Origin: a virus
Lineage: Duplodnaviria > Caudoviricetes
Strand: one strand, 5' to 3'
IMG/VR virus record: IMGVR_UViG_3300044652_000002
Span: 1-43,984 of that record
Length of the DNA stretch: 43,984 nucleotides
Shown one piece after another: positions 15,411-25,023 of this stretch. The notes beneath the pieces were generated by a model. The model was not told the DNA's origin. It saw nothing but the letters and a program-made list of their open reading frames with translations, and ran no database searches. The translations under genes and the position numbers were made by a program. Within the stretch, counting starts at the first letter, position 1, and each line of letters opens with the position of its first letter.

Positions 15411-16445
15411 TTGCATCAGTTAGCAAGCGGCACCTGGGGGACTGAAGAACTCGAGGCTGTAAGAGAGGTGGTCGATAGCGGCCGGTTCACGATGGGCGCT
15501 AAGACCTCCGAATATGAGAAAGCGTTCGCGGACTATATTGGCAGTAAGTACGCGGTGGCCTGTAATTCCGGCTCTTCCGCCAACCTACTCATGGTTGCGG
15601 CCTATACCCTGCGCTATGGGCGAGGAGTTGCGATTGTCCCGGCCGTGGCGTGGGCGACTTCTTACAGTCCATTCCAGCAATACGGTTGGAAGCTCGTCTT
15701 CCTCGACATCGACCGCGAGACGCTTAATTACAACCCGGCTGATCTTTGGCGGGCGGTAGAAAAATACGAGGACGCGGTAATCCTGGCGGTGAATCTTCTG
15801 GGCAACCCGAACGACTTCAACGCCTTTCCCAGAAAGGCTCATGTCCTAGAGGACAACTGCGAATCTCTAGGAGCTGAGTACGACGGCCGGAAGACCGGAT
15901 CTTTCGGCTTGATGTCGTCTCACTCGACTTTCTTCAGTCACCACATCTGCACGATGGAAGGCGGTATGGTGACGACCAACGACGAGTGGTTGTATCAGGC
16001 GATGCTATGTCTCAGGTCTCACGGCTGGACTAGGCATCTTCCAGAAAAGAACGTCTTTGGGGTCAAGCCGGGGAAATTCGATTTCCTCTTTCCTGGGTAC
16101 AACCTGCGGCCCACGGAGATGCAAAGTGCCATTGGGTTACGGCAGTTGGAAAAGCTTGACCGAATTATCGAAGGCCGGAGGGACAATGCCTCAAGGTTCC
16201 CGCTCAAGACCCAGAAAGAGACAGGCAAAAGCTCGTGGTTTGGCTTTACTGTCTTTGGTTCAGATGTGGAGAGAGTGTCTAAGAGCTGCGAGACGCGGCC
16301 GGTGGTTACGGGCAATTTCCTTCGTTCGCCGTCCATAAAGTTCTACGACTACGAAAGCTTAGAGACTCCTAACGCTGATTACGTTCACGACCAAGCCTGC
16401 TTTATAGGCAATAGTCACGAGCGTATTGACTGGAGTTTTATCTGA
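15411..16445 (+). CDS. DegT/ColD-type PLP/PMP-dependent NDP-sugar dehydratase/aminotransferase
   Basis: NSGSSANLL, EDNCESLGA, FFSHHICTMEGG (His in place of the Schiff-base Lys), RSHGW, GYNLRP. Confidence 0.88.
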   Translation: MHQLASGTWGTEELEAVREVVDSGRFTMGAKTSEYEKAFADYIGSKYAVACNSGSSANLLMVAAYTLRYGRGVAIVPAVAWATSYSPFQQYGWKLVFLDIDRETLNYNPADLWRAVEKYEDAVILAVNLLGNPNDFNAFPRKAHVLEDNCESLGAEYDGRKTGSFGLMSSHSTFFSHHICTMEGGMVTTNDEWLYQAMLCLRSHGWTRHLPEKNVFGVKPGKFDFLFPGYNLRPTEMQSAIGLRQLEKLDRIIEGRRDNASRFPLKTQKETGKSSWFGFTVFGSDVERVSKSCETRPVVTGNFLRSPSIKFYDYESLETPNADYVHDQACFIGNSHERIDWSFI

Positions 16446-16459
16446 CCTTCCACCCGACC

Positions 16460-17101
16460 ATGAGGGCTGTGGTGGAGAAGGTAAGACCGCTACTTCCACC
16501 CAAAGCAAGGGTCTTGGAGTTCGGGAATCAGCGGTTCACCGCAGGCAACGATTTTGGAAGTACAGAGGACTTCTACAAGAGTCTGGGGATCGAATATCTG
16601 GCTCTAGACGTGAACGAGAAGATGGGCGCAGTTATTTGCGACCTGAATAAGACAGGTCATTCTCACCGAGCGGAGTTGGTGACAAATAACGGCACTTCAG
16701 AGCACATCTTCAACCAAGCAGCATGTTTCCAGAATGCTCACGAGATGAGCACGGACGTGATGCTCCATGTCTTACCTTTTACGCCGTGGATCAATCATGG
16801 TTTCTACAACTACAACCCGATCCTCTTCAGGGATTTGGCTGCGGCGAACGACTATAAGACGATCTTCCAGGCCATCGCCAATCGCTCGAGGCAGTGGATT
16901 GAGCTAGGTGAATGGGCGTTTGTAGAGAAAAGACCTGACGAGCTGATTAGGAAGGCCCAAAGACTCATGCCTGGAGGGGAAGTGTTCGTTGTTTTTGTTT
17001 TCCGAAAGAAGACCGACGAACCATTCAAATTCCCGTTTCAGGGCAAATACAGGCAGGACATAACGGACAGAGGCTTGGTTGACGCCTACGCTGCTGGATA
17101 A
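16460..17101 (+). CDS. SAM-dependent methyltransferase
   Basis: VLEFGNQ, ALD, VTNNGTSEHIFNQ, HGFYNY. Confidence 0.75.
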   Translation: MRAVVEKVRPLLPPKARVLEFGNQRFTAGNDFGSTEDFYKSLGIEYLALDVNEKMGAVICDLNKTGHSHRAELVTNNGTSEHIFNQAACFQNAHEMSTDVMLHVLPFTPWINHGFYNYNPILFRDLAAANDYKTIFQAIANRSRQWIELGEWAFVEKRPDELIRKAQRLMPGGEVFVVFVFRKKTDEPFKFPFQGKYRQDITDRGLVDAYAAG

Positions 17102-17756
17102 AGCCCAGCGAATTGAGACCGACCCGTTTCCTCATGTTGTTGTTGAAGGGGCTCTGCCAGAGGGTTACTACGAGAGGTTGGTAAGCACAAGACCAACCCC
17201 AGAGCAGATCATGCAGTGGACGGGCAAGATTCTGGGACCGAATCAAAGGCTGGATCTCCCGACGAAGCAAGCGCTATACAGGCTTCCTCCCATCTGGGTC
17301 GAGTTCTGTAGAGCACATACATCTGCAGATTTCGTGCAGATGGCAATGAGGCTGCTGAATGCTCCGCTAGTTCAAGCAACCAGGATCGAGTGTCAGCCGG
17401 GGATTAACACTCCCAGCCCTGTTTTATCGAAGGTCAGGGGGCCTCATTTGGACAACCCCAAGGAAATCTATGCTGGGTTGTTCTACATGGCATCTGACTC
17501 AGATGGCGGGGACTTGGAAATCTACCGCTGGAAGTCTGGAGAGAAGAAGTACCACGGAAAACTTGAAGTCTATGAGGAATGCGTCGAGCTGGTGAAGACG
17601 GTTCCTTATAAACCGAATACCTGCGTTTTTTTCCTCAACGGACCTAATGCTTTGCATGGGGTCACTCCGAGGAAGTCGAAGAACTTTAGAAGCCTAGTGA
17701 ATGTGATCGCGGAGACGCGAGAGCCTTTGTTCCGGGTCGGCCACGGCCCCTACTAA
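17079..17756 (+). CDS. 2OG-Fe(II) oxygenase
   Basis: PFPH, HLD, GGDL, HGV, distal Arg. Confidence 0.82.
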   Translation: MTPTLLDKAQRIETDPFPHVVVEGALPEGYYERLVSTRPTPEQIMQWTGKILGPNQRLDLPTKQALYRLPPIWVEFCRAHTSADFVQMAMRLLNAPLVQATRIECQPGINTPSPVLSKVRGPHLDNPKEIYAGLFYMASDSDGGDLEIYRWKSGEKKYHGKLEVYEECVELVKTVPYKPNTCVFFLNGPNALHGVTPRKSKNFRSLVNVIAETREPLFRVGHGPY

Positions 17757-17770
17757 GTAGAGAGAAGAAA

Positions 17771-18373
17771 ATGCCGAGACTAAATAACAACAGCTTCACG
17801 GCGAGCGGCGATCTCCTGTGGACGCAGGATGTCTATGGGAGTGATGGAGCTAAGCAAGTCCTCGCGGCGCAGATCAGGGCGTACGCCGATGGAGCTGCTG
17901 CGGATAGCGCCATCCCTGGCCGGTTCGAGTTCTGGACCTCGACCTCTGGCGGCACGCTCACCAAAGCGCTGACTCTGGATGCCTCCCAAGCCGCTACTTT
18001 CGTAGCCGGCATTACGGGGACCAACGTCACCGCCTCGGCTCTTCTCAAGCTCTCCGGTATCGAGACCGGTCTTACGGCGCATGCTGGCGGTGGTCAAGGT
18101 TCCGCCCTGGCCCTCTCGGGGTCCAAATCGGTTCATAACGTCACCACTGTTGGGACGGCTGCTGACTCCGTGGCGCTGCCTCTCGCTACTGGCTCAGGGG
18201 CGATTCACATTGTCAAGAACTCCGCAGCCTCCAACTCGATGCAGCTCTTCGGGTCCGGGACGGACACGATTGATGGCGTTGCCACCGGTACTGGCGTCGC
18301 GGTAGCGGCTGGTAAGTGCCGTATCTGCGTTGACTTCGCCTCGGGGACCTGGCTCTCACTCCTCGGAGCCTAA
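17771..18373 (+). CDS. Gly/Ala/Ser/Thr-rich putative virion decoration or fibre protein
   Basis: Composition; PGRFEFWT and DTIDG motifs resembling the tail fibre at 32019. Confidence 0.55.
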   Translation: MPRLNNNSFTASGDLLWTQDVYGSDGAKQVLAAQIRAYADGAAADSAIPGRFEFWTSTSGGTLTKALTLDASQAATFVAGITGTNVTASALLKLSGIETGLTAHAGGGQGSALALSGSKSVHNVTTVGTAADSVALPLATGSGAIHIVKNSAASNSMQLFGSGTDTIDGVATGTGVAVAAGKCRICVDFASGTWLSLLGA

Positions 18374-18873
18374 TGCTCATTTCAGAGGACTACCGGGAGC
18401 AGAACAGGCTTCTACACGCATCGGACAAGACCTTCGGGGTCGGGGCAAGAAAGAAAGTGGCCTTGATAAAGGAACTGGAGGCCAAGTACGGCACGAGGGA
18501 CATCCTGGACTATGGATGTGGAAAGAAAGACCTTCAGGGAGCTTTGGGTTACGAGATACAGAATTACGACCCATGCGTTGCTGGGTGTGATGCAGAACCA
18601 AGGCCGGCGAGGCTTTTAGTTTCCCTTGATGTTCTCGAGCACGTCGAACCGGAGCTATTAGACAACGTGCTAAGGCACATGCGCGGCCTGATGCTTGAGG
18701 CCGGATTGCTAATCATCGCGCCGAGAGAATCCAGCGCGATTCTTCCTAATGGGAAGAACGCCCATCAAATTGTCAAAAGCAAAAAGTGGTGGGTCAGGAA
18801 GGTTGGGGAGTTCTTCAACATCGAATCCGTCTCTCCTAAGGAGAACGACGTAATCATTTACGTCAAGGCATGA
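18373..18873 (+). CDS. Class I SAM methyltransferase
   Basis: ILDYGCGK, YDP, DVLEHV, NAH. Confidence 0.85.
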   Translation: MLISEDYREQNRLLHASDKTFGVGARKKVALIKELEAKYGTRDILDYGCGKKDLQGALGYEIQNYDPCVAGCDAEPRPARLLVSLDVLEHVEPELLDNVLRHMRGLMLEAGLLIIAPRESSAILPNGKNAHQIVKSKKWWVRKVGEFFNIESVSPKENDVIIYVKA

Positions 18874-19139
18874 CCGACGTACAAAACCTCTGGGACGAGG
18901 TAAACGGAAGGCTGACAGCGATAGTAGTTAGATACCCGGATACCGAGCGGTTCATCGAGAGCTTCAGAAAGCACGTTCGGTTTGCGCTTCATCATCCCCT
19001 AGAAGCCCGACACGAAAAGCTCCTGAAGAAGGGCAAGAAGTGGCTGCTTGAGGTCAAGTGGAAACACCCGCTTTTCAGGAATGACTTTGACGCGATCCTG
19101 AATGCAATAAGCAAATTCGAGGAGTCGCGTGGGCAATGA
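18870..19139 (+). CDS. hypothetical protein
   Basis: Coupled ORF. Confidence 0.65.
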   Translation: MTDVQNLWDEVNGRLTAIVVRYPDTERFIESFRKHVRFALHHPLEARHEKLLKKGKKWLLEVKWKHPLFRNDFDAILNAISKFEESRGQ

Positions 19140-20568
19140 AGCGAGGCAGTTAGCTGAGATCCTAGCTGCTAGTAAGAGAGAAAAAGAAACCAACCGGCTC
19201 AAGTATTACGAACCCTACCCGTACCAGCTCAACTTCCACAACGCGGAGGGGTATCTAACCCCAGGAAGACCGGCGGTACACAGGGCGTTGATGGCTGCCA
19301 ATCAGGTTGGGAAGACGACCTGTGCGGCGATGGAAGCGGCCATGCACGCCACAGGGAGATATCCGGGGTGGTGGAGAGGAAACCGGGTAAGTCGTCCTAA
19401 CGTCGGTCTTGTTGGCGGTCTTACCAACGAATCTGTACGGGACATCTGCCAGAAGGAGCTCTTCGGAGACCCGACCGACGACAAGCAAATCGGCTTCGGG
19501 ACGATTCCCAAAGACGCGATTGGGTCGATTACAAGAAAAGCCGGAGTTCCTAACGCAATCGACTCGGCCCTTGTAAAGCACGTCTCTGGAGGTTGGTCGA
19601 AGATCGCTTTCAGAGCCTACGAGCAAGGCGCAAAGAAGCACATGGGCTCGAGGATTGATTGGGGCTGGCCCGACGAAGAAGCGCCTGAAGATATTTGGGC
19701 TCAGTACATCCGGGCGACTTTAGCAACCAAGGGATTCCTGTTTATGACCTTCACCCCAGAGGAGGGGATGACGAAGGTCGTTTACGGATTTATGAACGAC
19801 CTGAAGACAGGTCAAGCCTTGGTAAGGGCGACGTGGGATGACGCGCCACACATGAACCACGACAGGCGCGAGCAAATGCTCATGTCCATCCCGGTCCACC
19901 AGCGGGAGATGAGATCCAAGGGCATCCCGTTGAGGGGATCGGGATTGGTCTACGCAGTCCCAGAAGAGTCCATCACGGTCGAGGACTTCGAGATTCCGGC
20001 TTACTGGCCTCGGGTCTGTGCTGTGGACTTCGGTATTGGTCACGGCTTCGCCTGCGTCTGGGTTGCGTGGGATAGGGATAAGGACGTTCTGTACGTCATT
20101 GATGCTTACAAGGCATCGGACGAGAAGATGTCCGAGCACGTTTCCCAGCTCAATAGAAGGGGAAACTGGATTCCGGTCATGTGGCCGCATGACGGTCTTA
20201 ACCGGGAAAAGTCTTCCGGGGAACCTTTAGCAGAGTTGTACAGGAAAGAGGGCGCGAATATGTGGCACGAGCCCTTTTCCAATCCTCCAGCCCCAGGAGT
20301 TGATGAAGGCAAGGGCGGGAACTCGGTCGAGTACGGAATTGAGGAAATTCTCGACCGGATGAGCACCAATCGCTTCAAGGTCTTCAAGACTCTCAGACCT
20401 TGGTTTAACGAGTGGATGGATTACCACCGCGACGAAGGAAAGATCGTCAAGCAATACGACGATCTGATGGATGCGACTAGATATGCGTCTTTGTCGATCA
20501 GGCACGCAACGACTCAGACGCTAAGAATAAAAATGCGCCAGCCGGCGGTGGGGATGTCGAACTGGTAG
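19129..20568 (+). CDS. terL: Terminase large subunit
   Basis: AANQVGKT, WPDEE, TFTP, VDFG, WPHDG, DDLMDATRYA. Confidence 0.95.
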   Translation: MGNEARQLAEILAASKREKETNRLKYYEPYPYQLNFHNAEGYLTPGRPAVHRALMAANQVGKTTCAAMEAAMHATGRYPGWWRGNRVSRPNVGLVGGLTNESVRDICQKELFGDPTDDKQIGFGTIPKDAIGSITRKAGVPNAIDSALVKHVSGGWSKIAFRAYEQGAKKHMGSRIDWGWPDEEAPEDIWAQYIRATLATKGFLFMTFTPEEGMTKVVYGFMNDLKTGQALVRATWDDAPHMNHDRREQMLMSIPVHQREMRSKGIPLRGSGLVYAVPEESITVEDFEIPAYWPRVCAVDFGIGHGFACVWVAWDRDKDVLYVIDAYKASDEKMSEHVSQLNRRGNWIPVMWPHDGLNREKSSGEPLAELYRKEGANMWHEPFSNPPAPGVDEGKGGNSVEYGIEEILDRMSTNRFKVFKTLRPWFNEWMDYHRDEGKIVKQYDDLMDATRYASLSIRHATTQTLRIKMRQPAVGMSNW

Positions 20569-20580
20569 AGGAGCACCAAT

Positions 20581-22578
20581 TTGGCACAACAAGAAACCTC
20601 CAATAAGGAGGTCAAGCGCCGGAAGATCAGGAAGTCCGACTGGCAGAAGGTCGAGGAGTTTCTAAAGAAGGAGCTCCAATCCAGAAAAGATAACCCTTTC
20701 CGCAAGACCCACGAGAAGCGTTGGAAAGAGGTTGATCGTCAGGTCGCGATGGAGCCGATGCTCAAGTACCTGCCGAACGGGCAGCAGGCTCCACAGACGT
20801 GGCAATCGTCCTTTGAACTAGGAGAGCTGTCCAAGGCTTCAGAGGTCATCACCGCAGATGTAATGAGGCTCGCTTTCCCGCAAAGCCGCACATGGATGGA
20901 GGCGCATGTAAAGCCCCCCATGACGGTCGGGCAGCAGGGTAATCCTGTTGTTGCCGTGGACGAGAACAAGCAGAAGAAAGCCGATGGTGTTGTGCGGTCG
21001 ATGATGACTCAGCAGCACATGGACTTTGGCCTAAAGGCCAGAGTCGAAATCTCGATCAAGGAAGCCCTCCATCACGGAAGCTTTGTAGCGACCTGTGAGT
21101 GGGAGCAGCAGAACAAGGTCTATGACGGGCAGGGGTTGGAGTCTCTAGAAGCCCCGGTCTGGAAGCCTCATTCCATGTGGAATTGCTATCCAGACTCGAG
21201 TCCTTCGGTCATCGCCGGCGCGAATATCTTCTACACCGGCTCGATGATGATTGTTTCGTATATGCCTCGCTACAAGGTTCTTGAGTTCAAGGGCGATGGC
21301 TATATGAACATCGACCCGAACAAGATTCAGAAGAAGAACCCGAACAAGGACGGGAAAGAAGAAGACTGCGAGTTAGTCACCTACTACGGCGACTTGGTGA
21401 TCGAGAGAGAGGACGGAGATATTTATCTCCCAAACTCTAAGTGCATGACCGCCAACGGGACCATCATCTACTACAAGCCCAATGACCTCCCGTTCCCGGA
21501 AGTGATTTACATGGGCTATGAGCGTCAAGACATCAGAGACCCGTACTTCACGAGCCCGCTTGAGAAGAACAGTCCCATGCAGAAGATGACGACTGTCCTT
21601 GCGAACAAGTTTATTGACGGGGTTGATCTTCACATCCAACCCCCGGGAACTTTCGACGGCAACGACGCCTACCTTGTCCAGAATGGCGGCCCCTCGATCT
21701 ACCCCGGGGCGATGAGCCCGAGCAAGGGGTCCAACAAGGTTACGTTCATGCCAGTTGGCGATCCTCGGGTCGCTCTCATGGGTGTCCAGTTTGGACTGCA
21801 GAAGATCGAGGAAGGGACCAGCGTCAACGCGATCAGGTCTGGGGCTACCGACTCCGACCGCAAGACCGCTACTGAAGTGCAGAACACTCAAGCCGGGTCC
21901 GAGATCAGGACCGTTGATTTCGTCGGCAAGCTTGAGCAGTCAGGTCTGAGACCCTACCTCTATATGCAGCACGAGAGGAACCTGAAGCAGCTCAAGTCGT
22001 ATTCGTTCTACTGTCCAGAAAAAGGACTTCCCGATTTTCTGACGATCACCAGGAAAGACCTCCCGAAGGTCGTTCACTTCGAGATCGTGGGTTCTAAAGG
22101 GGTTTTGGGCGAGCAGAAACGTTCTCAGCAGATGACTGCTGTAACGGCTTTTGCTTCGTCTAATCCGCTCTTTGCTCCTCTTCTCAACGCTCCGCAAATC
22201 CTCATTGATATGTACGAGGACGCCGGGGTTAAAGGTGCTGAGACCTACGTTAAGACCGAGCAAAACATCACGCCTCAGGTCAGGGCGCAGATGCAGCAGA
22301 TGCAAGAGGTTATCAAAGAGCTTCAGCAACGACTTCAGGAGTCCGAGTCTGGGAACCAGGCCAAGATGGCCGAGATTCAGCTCAAGGCCCGTCAGGCGAC
22401 TATGGAACTGATCGCGGAGCAAAGACAGGCGGCGGCGGAGCAAAACGCGGAGAGACATCAGCAACTCCTAGACGCGGCCTTTGACCGCTGGAAAGCCAAA
22501 CTCGAGGCTGTGACTAAGGTTCAGGTCGCCAAGATCCAGGCTGCAGCCAAACCGAAGGAAGAGAAAAAAGCCGCGTGA
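20581..22578 (+). CDS. Portal protein (podovirus type, coiled-coil C-terminus)
   Basis: 665 aa after terL; KTATEV motif; Gln-rich barrel. Confidence 0.85.
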   Translation: MAQQETSNKEVKRRKIRKSDWQKVEEFLKKELQSRKDNPFRKTHEKRWKEVDRQVAMEPMLKYLPNGQQAPQTWQSSFELGELSKASEVITADVMRLAFPQSRTWMEAHVKPPMTVGQQGNPVVAVDENKQKKADGVVRSMMTQQHMDFGLKARVEISIKEALHHGSFVATCEWEQQNKVYDGQGLESLEAPVWKPHSMWNCYPDSSPSVIAGANIFYTGSMMIVSYMPRYKVLEFKGDGYMNIDPNKIQKKNPNKDGKEEDCELVTYYGDLVIEREDGDIYLPNSKCMTANGTIIYYKPNDLPFPEVIYMGYERQDIRDPYFTSPLEKNSPMQKMTTVLANKFIDGVDLHIQPPGTFDGNDAYLVQNGGPSIYPGAMSPSKGSNKVTFMPVGDPRVALMGVQFGLQKIEEGTSVNAIRSGATDSDRKTATEVQNTQAGSEIRTVDFVGKLEQSGLRPYLYMQHERNLKQLKSYSFYCPEKGLPDFLTITRKDLPKVVHFEIVGSKGVLGEQKRSQQMTAVTAFASSNPLFAPLLNAPQILIDMYEDAGVKGAETYVKTEQNITPQVRAQMQQMQEVIKELQQRLQESESGNQAKMAEIQLKARQATMELIAEQRQAAAEQNAERHQQLLDAAFDRWKAKLEAVTKVQVAKIQAAAKPKEEKKAA

Positions 22579-22763
22579 GCATCCTGAAGGAACTGGCTGG
22601 AGATCCACGTTGGATTGGTCTCATTAAAGCCGCAGAAAAGATGCGCCCGGACGTTCCTGCGTGGAACCCGGCGGAAGCAAACGTAGAGGATTGGAAGCAT
22701 AAGTCGGCCATGCGAGACGGCTTCGATTTGTGCCTTCAAATCTTCACGGAAGTCAAGAAGTAA
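22575..22763 (+). CDS. small post-portal protein
   Basis: GTGA overlap; position. Confidence 0.65.
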   Translation: MSILKELAGDPRWIGLIKAAEKMRPDVPAWNPAEANVEDWKHKSAMRDGFDLCLQIFTEVKK

Positions 22764-22785
22764 ACCTCAAAACGGAGATTTCAGA

Positions 22786-23472
22786 ATGGCGGAAGTAACG
22801 CAGGGGAGCCCTACGCCCCCTCAAGCGCCTGCCGCGCCCGCTGCACCGGCAGAGCCCCAGCCTCAGGGTTTGGAGAAGGTCTACAAGGACTTCAACATCG
22901 AGGACACCGCATCACAGTTTCAACCGCAGAGCCCGCAGCCTGCAACGCCTCAACCACCGGCACCGCAACCGCAAGTCAAGTTCGATCCGTTCGACCCCAA
23001 TTTCGGGGCGCATATGGAGCGAGTTACGCGGGCCGCTTCCGAGGCGCAAAGCTCTCTACACCAAACGAGGCAGGAGCTTAACCAGCTTCAACAACAACTC
23101 CATTCTCAGAGGGTAGAGGCGGACATCAAACAGGCAGTGGAGACACTGACGGAAGGAACCGGGTTAAAGCCCAAGATCGCGGAAGTTGCAATGGAAGCGA
23201 AAGCCAGGGAGGACGCGAGATTCCGTGCGATTTGGCAGAACAGGGCGAAGAACCCTGCTGCTTATCAAGCGGCGCTCAAAGCTTTCAGGATGGAGCTTCA
23301 GGACGAGTACACGGTCAAGCAAGACCCGCAACTAGCTGAGAACCAGCGCGCCGTCAGGGCTTCACAACAACAAATGGCGACGACGCAGAAACCAACCGAA
23401 AACGACCGATGGGCCAATATGTCCTTGTCTGAAAGGGCGGCCGAGAGGGAGCGCATCAAGCGCATGGGTTAG
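22786..23472 (+). CDS. Capsid scaffolding protein
   Basis: Pro/Gln-rich N-terminus, coiled coil, directly before the capsid gene. Confidence 0.75.
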   Translation: MAEVTQGSPTPPQAPAAPAAPAEPQPQGLEKVYKDFNIEDTASQFQPQSPQPATPQPPAPQPQVKFDPFDPNFGAHMERVTRAASEAQSSLHQTRQELNQLQQQLHSQRVEADIKQAVETLTEGTGLKPKIAEVAMEAKAREDARFRAIWQNRAKNPAAYQAALKAFRMELQDEYTVKQDPQLAENQRAVRASQQQMATTQKPTENDRWANMSLSERAAERERIKRMG

Positions 23473-23513
23473 TAGCTGCTGTCAAGCCTTCACCAAGAAA
23501 GGCTCTTTAGAAA

Positions 23514-24614
23514 ATGGCACTTCTTCAATCGAACTTCATTAGCACCGTCCAGGGGCCGGTTAACTACGTCCTCATGGAAGAGCTGCTGTCGGCGGCTCGC
23601 AAGCGTCTTCCGTACTTCAACGGCACTCTCCCCGGCAAGCTCGACAAGATGCAGGGTTCCGCGTCGGTCAAGTGGCGTCGGATTGAGAACCTGAGCGCGG
23701 CCACCACGGCGCTCTCGGAGAACACGGAAGGCACGACCCCTGCCTTTGGCTTTGGTCGCTCCACGGTCCGCCCGAGCATTACCGATGTGACGGTTGCGAT
23801 TGCCAAGTACGGCAACGCGATCTCGCTCACGGAGGAAATCGACCTCTTCAACGTGAACTCGAACAGCCTCGCCCTGATGGACACGATGGGCGCGAACGCT
23901 GGCGAGTCGCTGAACACGCTGATGCGGGACATTTTCAACGGCGAGTCCGTGATCGTCCGTAACGGCGCTGGTTCGGCGGGCACTTCGGCCGCGACCTATT
24001 CCTCGGTCGCTGCGTCGATTTCGCTCAACGACATCAAGTACACGGTCAACCAGCTCAACCGCAACTCGGCCATGAAGTTCACGCCGGCCGGGTTCGGCTC
24101 GACCAACGTCGGCACGTCCCCGATCCGCCAGTCCTACTACGGCATCTGCCATGTGGACGTGGAAGAGGACATCCGTGGCCTGACTGGCTTTATCCCGGTC
24201 GAGCAGTACGGTGGTTACACCGAGACCGAGCCGGGCGAGTTCGGCGCGGTTGGTGGAGTTCGTTGGTGCTCGACGGAAATCGCTCCCATCATCTCGGACG
24301 GTTCTACGGAGTCGGCGGTTGCGACTTCGTTCCAGGGCTCCAGCGCGACTCTGCACCACGTCTACTCGACGTTCATCTACGGTCGCGAGGCCGTGGGTTC
24401 GGTCGGCCTTGGCGAGACGCATGCCAAGGAGATTTACATGATGTACGACCGCGTTCCGACTGTTGAGTTGATCTACCACAAGCCCGGTTCCTCGGGTGTG
24501 GCCGATCCGTTCAATGAGAACGGGACTCTGGCGTGGAAGGCGTGGTTTGCCGGGAAGCGTTTGAACGAGAACTGGCTCGGCAAGATCCAGACTCTCGCCG
24601 GCAGAGCCGGATAA
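23514..24614 (+). CDS. Major capsid protein (N4 gp56-like)
   Basis: VKWRR, KYGN, GEFGAVGGVRW, DPFNE..TLAWK; strong codon bias. Confidence 0.88.
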   Translation: MALLQSNFISTVQGPVNYVLMEELLSAARKRLPYFNGTLPGKLDKMQGSASVKWRRIENLSAATTALSENTEGTTPAFGFGRSTVRPSITDVTVAIAKYGNAISLTEEIDLFNVNSNSLALMDTMGANAGESLNTLMRDIFNGESVIVRNGAGSAGTSAATYSSVAASISLNDIKYTVNQLNRNSAMKFTPAGFGSTNVGTSPIRQSYYGICHVDVEEDIRGLTGFIPVEQYGGYTETEPGEFGAVGGVRWCSTEIAPIISDGSTESAVATSFQGSSATLHHVYSTFIYGREAVGSVGLGETHAKEIYMMYDRVPTVELIYHKPGSSGVADPFNENGTLAWKAWFAGKRLNENWLGKIQTLAGRAG

Positions 24615-24636
24615 CAACAAGACCCTTAACGGGCTT

Positions 24637-24663
24637 CTCCCCGTCGCAAGGCGGGGAGTTTTT
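24637..24663 (+). terminator. Intrinsic terminator after the capsid gene
   Basis: CTCCCCGTC-GCAA-GGCGGGGAG-TTTTT. Confidence 0.8.
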
Positions 24664-24675
24664 CCTTAGGAACGA

Positions 24676-25023
24676 ATGGATCAATTCGAGGCAGCAAAGG
24701 CAAGGGCGCTAAAGAACCAAGCCCGCTTCCGTGAAGCGAGAGAAAGACAGGCGGAAGAATCGGCCATCGTTGTGCCAGAGGTTCCCAAGGAAAAACCACA
24801 AGAAGGTCGGATGGAAAGTAGGGACGCGGTAATCGACATCTCGGTTTCACTCCCCAGCGGGGGCTTTGCGATTCGCTTGGTCAAGAAAGATGTCCTGAAG
24901 AACGTCCCGGCTCCTGTGAAGCTGAACAAGAACGAGTTTCGTAATCGTCTGATTGAGGGGCTACGCCCTCTCTTAGGAGCGGTGCAGGATGAACCTCATT
25001 ACAGCGGTCGGAAGGATTCTTAG
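24676..25023 (+). CDS. hypothetical protein
   Basis: AGGA SD; ORF. Confidence 0.6.
   Translation: MDQFEAAKARALKNQARFREARERQAEESAIVVPEVPKEKPQEGRMESRDAVIDISVSLPSGGFAIRLVKKDVLKNVPAPVKLNKNEFRNRLIEGLRPLLGAVQDEPHYSGRKDS

Noticed and set aside
23490-24620. 376-aa antisense ORF opposite the capsid gene
   Set aside because: Shadow ORF caused by the strong codon bias of the capsid gene
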